A program made the translations under genes and the position numbers. From Nitrosopumilales archaeon (GTDB lineage Archaea > Thermoproteota > Nitrososphaeria > Nitrososphaerales > Nitrososphaeraceae), in assembly GCA_044507735.1 (NCBI GenBank), contig JBIQJB010000004.1, positions 1 to 32,982 on the forward strand: DNA of 32,982 nt, written 5' to 3'. This document shows, piece after piece, positions 30,101-32,982 of the stretch. The notes under the pieces are model-generated. The model saw only the letters and a program-made list of their open reading frames with translations. It made no database searches and was not told the DNA's origin. Positions within the stretch are counted from its first letter, which is position 1; each line of letters begins with the position of its first letter.

Positions 30101-31236
30101 ACATGCGCTACCTGGGCTGGAACCTGAACACGGTCTACCAGACTGGCTCGAACATGGGCAACGAACAGTTTCACGACAACCCTTTTCTCTGCAATATCGG
30201 CAGTGGCACGATGGTCTCAGATGGGGTGTCGATGATCAACATGCAGATGTCGGCGACGTCGTTCCGGCTTGAGGAATCGAAGATAGGCGACAACAACTAT
30301 CTTGGAAGCGCAATTTCCTACCCGCCAAATAGTCGCACAGAAAACAACGTCCTGCTGGGCACCAAGGTCATGGTACCTATTGACGGCCCTGTGCGCGAGA
30401 ACATCGGGCTGCTTGGTTCGCCTGCCTTCGAGATTCCGCGCATGGTCAAGAGCGATCGGGATATCATCAAGTCGTTCGACGAGCCGACTCGCTGCGCCCG
30501 CCTGCGCCGGAAGAACTTGTACAATCTCGGCACTGCCTTGATCTTCCTAGCCAGTCGGTGGGTGGCCTTTACTTGCTTCGTGTTTCTGCTGTGGCAAATA
30601 GCCTGGAGCTACAGTCATTTTAGCATCTTAGGATTATTCGCAGTCATTGTGGCGAGTACCGCTTTCACCATGGCATTCTTCATCGCGCTCGAGCGAGCGA
30701 TCCTTCGCTTCAAGCGACTCCAGCCTCGGCTCGTGTCGATTTATGATCCCTACTTTTGGTTGCATGAAAGGTACTGGAAGTTGAATCCTCTCTTTGTCTT
30801 GATCATGTTCGCAGGCACCCCGTTCCGAGGCATGCTACTCCGTGCCATGGGCGTGAAGGTCGGTGCCAAGCTGTTCGATGATGGCTCGGTCATCCAGGAA
30901 CGCTCGCTTACAGAGGTCGGCGATTACGCTAATCTGAACGAGGGCTGTGTAATGCAGGGACATTCGCTTGAGGAAGGCGTTTTTAAATCAGACTACATCC
31001 GAATCGGCAACAGATGTTCGCTCGGCCCGGGAGCCTTTGTTCACTATGGTGTCAGCACAGGAGACGACGTCGTGATCGACCCCGATTCCTATGTAATGAA
31101 GGGTGAGACCTTAGATTCTCATACAGGGTGGCGCGGAAATCCTGCTAGGCTGGCACGCTGCCATGAGGTTCAGACAGAGGTTTGCACTCAGAACATCACC
31201 GACGTTACCATCCTAAATAGGCACTCCCTGGCGTGA
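27163..31236 (+). CDS. Pls/PosA-family single-module membrane NRPS (A-T-TM with three acetyltransferase-like repeat domains)
   Basis: A-domain cores YSDLNRRANQLA, YIIYTSGTTGNPKG, FDFS, NTYGPTE, GEIGIAG.GLALGY, YRTGDL, GRIDTQVKIRGYRIE, LPAYMVP, NKTD. T domain FFDDLGANSLL. Then three repeats of TM pair + soluble domain (AAKWLLIGRF..YFRFW..GTPLYNIYLRMMGAKIG; GDS..YMRYLG; FWLHERYWKL..FAGTPF..LLRAMGVKVG). Confidence 0.93.
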   Translation: MKTVVHENVSDALCWVPDERLNHLIEEACIRFAANDAVIGSNIVYSYSDLNRRANQLARHLLARGVKSGDRVALMLNRSPETYVAMLAVMKVNAAYVPLDAGFPNERISFILGDANVSAIISMSSFVERLSSLQQEVDKIFLDFERPAIDSQAADPLTDIEEPTEPLCYIIYTSGTTGNPKGVGIGHASICNFVRIASELYGYAPGDRVYQGMTIAFDFSVEEIWVPLMVGATLVPGPSGTTLMGDELSDFLRERRVTVMACSPTLLATIEQDVPELRILLVGGEACPQNLVARWYRPGRRILNTYGPTETTVTATMTELRPDKPVTIGMPLPTYTVVILDPQEEKTVPIGEPGEIGIAGIGLALGYINRDDLTKQKFIRDFLHIKNNPSGRIYRTGDLGRIQENGEIEYLGRIDTQVKIRGYRIELKEIEAVLLNLPQIAQAAVTTFEAEEGVVEIVAYYALKQGATELPPSEISQALRSKLPAYMVPAFLERVDAIPMTLSNKTDYKRLPKPEQLQRVSVAAQKYVPPKTDRERMLHAALTGVIRAERVSTEAHFFDDLGANSLLMARVCAAIRKNPGMSNVSMRDIYTHPTIAKLARHLDSSSVGTPVTTTKPEPFHTPSTLSYVSCGALQIGFLAAYMLFNLWILRSGALWALASNGPMELYARSVAFGVGEFAVLFALPIAAKWLLIGRFKTQSFPIWSFSYFRFWVVKFMMRTSPAAVFVGTPLYNIYLRMMGAKIGRNVILNWRSAPVCTDLVTIGDNTIVRKNTILLGYRAQSNFIHTGPVTIGSNAFIGEASVLDINTTMGDNTQLGHVSSLQSGQRVPDGKRYHGSPAIETSTNYCPIDGRNGVAFRGALYVSFILGTLLLIVAPVMMFLIYTVWYWYCPSPLTSLNCPAISSLSVPLLLALSAAVFFGALGLSLAAMYIIPRLFMMALRPGVTYTLFGFHYLLQNIIRGSSNSEFFCTLFGDSSAIVTYMRYLGWNLNTVYQTGSNMGNEQFHDNPFLCNIGSGTMVSDGVSMINMQMSATSFRLEESKIGDNNYLGSAISYPPNSRTENNVLLGTKVMVPIDGPVRENIGLLGSPAFEIPRMVKSDRDIIKSFDEPTRCARLRRKNLYNLGTALIFLASRWVAFTCFVFLLWQIAWSYSHFSILGLFAVIVASTAFTMAFFIALERAILRFKRLQPRLVSIYDPYFWLHERYWKLNPLFVLIMFAGTPFRGMLLRAMGVKVGAKLFDDGSVIQERSLTEVGDYANLNEGCVMQGHSLEEGVFKSDYIRIGNRCSLGPGAFVHYGVSTGDDVVIDPDSYVMKGETLDSHTGWRGNPARLARCHEVQTEVCTQNITDVTILNRHSLA

Positions 31237-31335
31237 AGAGACAAACGATCCACTACTACCAGCATATGCCAGACGATCCGATTGCAAAGTCGATCTATGC
31301 GACCTTCGGCTTTGTGAAGGTGGGGTTGTACTCCC

Positions 31336-32064
31336 ATGTCAGGTGATCGCTGTTTTAAGACTCCAGTTTCTGACAGTACGATCGATTCCTCGCTCCAGCA
31401 CACAATCGACGCCCTTGCTGTGCCCGGTCTACTGATCGGCCATCGTGTGATCTCTGAGGGCGATGAACTCGCACTGCTCTACGATGAGGTGAAATCGTTT
31501 TCCTTGCCTACAATCGAGAGGCGCCGCGCCAGTGGCGCAGCAAGGTTCGTTGCACGTGAGCTTATGAATTTGATGGGTGTTGCCAGTCTTCCGATTCCCC
31601 GGAGCAAATTTGGCGCCCCCATCTGGCCAGCAGGAATCATAGGCTCGATGGCGCACGACAATCAAATTGCAGTTGCCGCTGTCGGGTCGCGGCGTGATTT
31701 GGATGCGGTAGGAATCGACATCGAACCTGCGGCGCCGCTGCCGCCAGACATACTCGAACTGGTCGCCACATCGCGCGAGCAGCGTGAAATTATTGGCAAC
31801 AAGTTTGGAGCGAGGCTTCTCTTCGCTATCAAGGAGGCGGTCTATAAGGCAACCTATCCACTAGATCATGAGTTTCTTGATTTTCACGACATCGAAGTCG
31901 ACCTGACCAACCGGCTTGCCACGACCCGATCCGGACTTACGCTAGCGCTCCACTGGGGTGTCTTGTCGCATGTGCTAGTCTTGGCGACAATTCACAATAC
32001 TTCGACGGATCACTTGGCCCCCTGGCTCAAAAAAGCTCGAGTCAGATCGACTGCAGCTTGTTAA
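31336..32064 (+). CDS. 4'-phosphopantetheinyl transferase (EntD/Sfp-like)
   Basis: RRRASGAAR, GAPIWPAGIIGSMAH, VGIDIE, LFAIKEAVYKA. Confidence 0.9.
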   Translation: MSGDRCFKTPVSDSTIDSSLQHTIDALAVPGLLIGHRVISEGDELALLYDEVKSFSLPTIERRRASGAARFVARELMNLMGVASLPIPRSKFGAPIWPAGIIGSMAHDNQIAVAAVGSRRDLDAVGIDIEPAAPLPPDILELVATSREQREIIGNKFGARLLFAIKEAVYKATYPLDHEFLDFHDIEVDLTNRLATTRSGLTLALHWGVLSHVLVLATIHNTSTDHLAPWLKKARVRSTAAC

Positions 32065-32982
32065 TACACAAATGCCACGCTAGTTGCATACCAGGTTGTG
32101 ATGGCGCGCAAGCCCTTGCTTGCAATGAGACAGCAAAATTATCAGCGGAACGATCAGGTTCCATGTCTTGCAACCGCGTCCAAGCTCAGCCTCTGCATAC
32201 ATCTTCTCGCTGGCCTTCGTTGTCTTGATGTCGTCTATTCTAGTCACCAGTATCACATGTGGTCTACCGCTTGCGTCCAGGCTTATAAAAGACGGTACAG
32301 TTCGATTCATCGGTCACCCCAATTCTTCAACAAAATGGGATTGTCGTCATCCGTCCACATAGGTCTACAGCCCAAACGTTGGTCTTTTCCTTCCTTTTCA
32401 GTATCGGCGACTGATCTTTAACAACATCATTTGTTGGTCACTCTTTTAGTGACAAGTCGGGAAAGTAAAGCCACTTGAAGAACTTTGGATAAGTTGCAGA
32501 GAGGATATTGTGCGTGTTAATCCACTTTTTTGTTTACGATCAGCCGATACCGGCTTACGTATGGTGGCGAGATATCACAGAATGCCATCTCTTGTTATCT
32601 ACTTGAAGCGCTTGTGATTCAGAAATCTGCAGACATAAAGGCTGCCGCAAATATGGACGCACTTCGTAACCGTCCTGATGCTCTCGTGAATGATAAAATC
32701 ATCGAGAAAATCCGCCAGGACAAGCCCATTTCTGTAGAAAATTCTTTCGCAGGCTGCCGCTGTGTGTTTGGCTTCAACCCTTCAACAGCATCCGAATCCT
32801 GCGGCCCGCAACGAGGTTCCCGGCACTTATAACAGCAGCAAGCCCACGCTTGTTCACGGAAATATGCACTCTGGGCGCAACTTATTAACTCTCACATTGG
32901 AGGAGCAAAGTTCATTATTTACCTACGCGATGGTTCGATAGGTGCACTTGCTTGGTATTTAGGAAAGTCGGCGCCGTCATAT

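Noticed and set aside
29697-30272. 191-aa alternative-frame ORF and other ORFs inside the NRPS
   Set aside because: Shadow ORFs expected in GC-rich coding DNA; Arg/Pro/His-biased with no motifs.
32080-32982. Short ORFs downstream of the PPTase (for example 32530..32832) as extra cluster genes
   Set aside because: No recognisable motifs, and overlapping short ORFs on both strands; cannot be supported.
1-32982. CRISPR array, rRNA, tRNA, SAM or cobalamin riboswitch
   Set aside because: No regularly spaced repeats or RNA signatures seen; the gaps before metK and the cbi genes are too short or lack riboswitch motifs.

Overview
Archaeal chromosome segment, most likely from a soil-type ammonia-oxidising thaumarchaeote (Nitrososphaera-like). 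This is inferred from the Lsm/metK/SDR/cbiD/cbiG/RadB-like gene set, a PEFG-CTERM surface protein, an MtrA-like protein and compact TATA-type promoters. Housekeeping blocks (about 3.6-12.2 kb and 20.8-25.1 kb) alternate with two accessory regions. The first (about 12.2-19.4 kb) carries an intact wHTH-tyrosine integrase and two large surface proteins, one split by two nearby frameshifts. The second (about 25.1-33 kb) carries the most striking system: a GC-rich, bacterial-type Pls/PosA-family membrane NRPS (adenylation-thiolation-TM/repeat architecture, like poly-amino-acid synthetases) with its own phosphopantetheinyl transferase. Divergent from it is a Tat-exported serine hydrolase whose leader looks borrowed from a thaumarchaeal Rieske protein. 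No rRNA, tRNA or CRISPR array was recognised. All calls come from motif reading; no searches were run.
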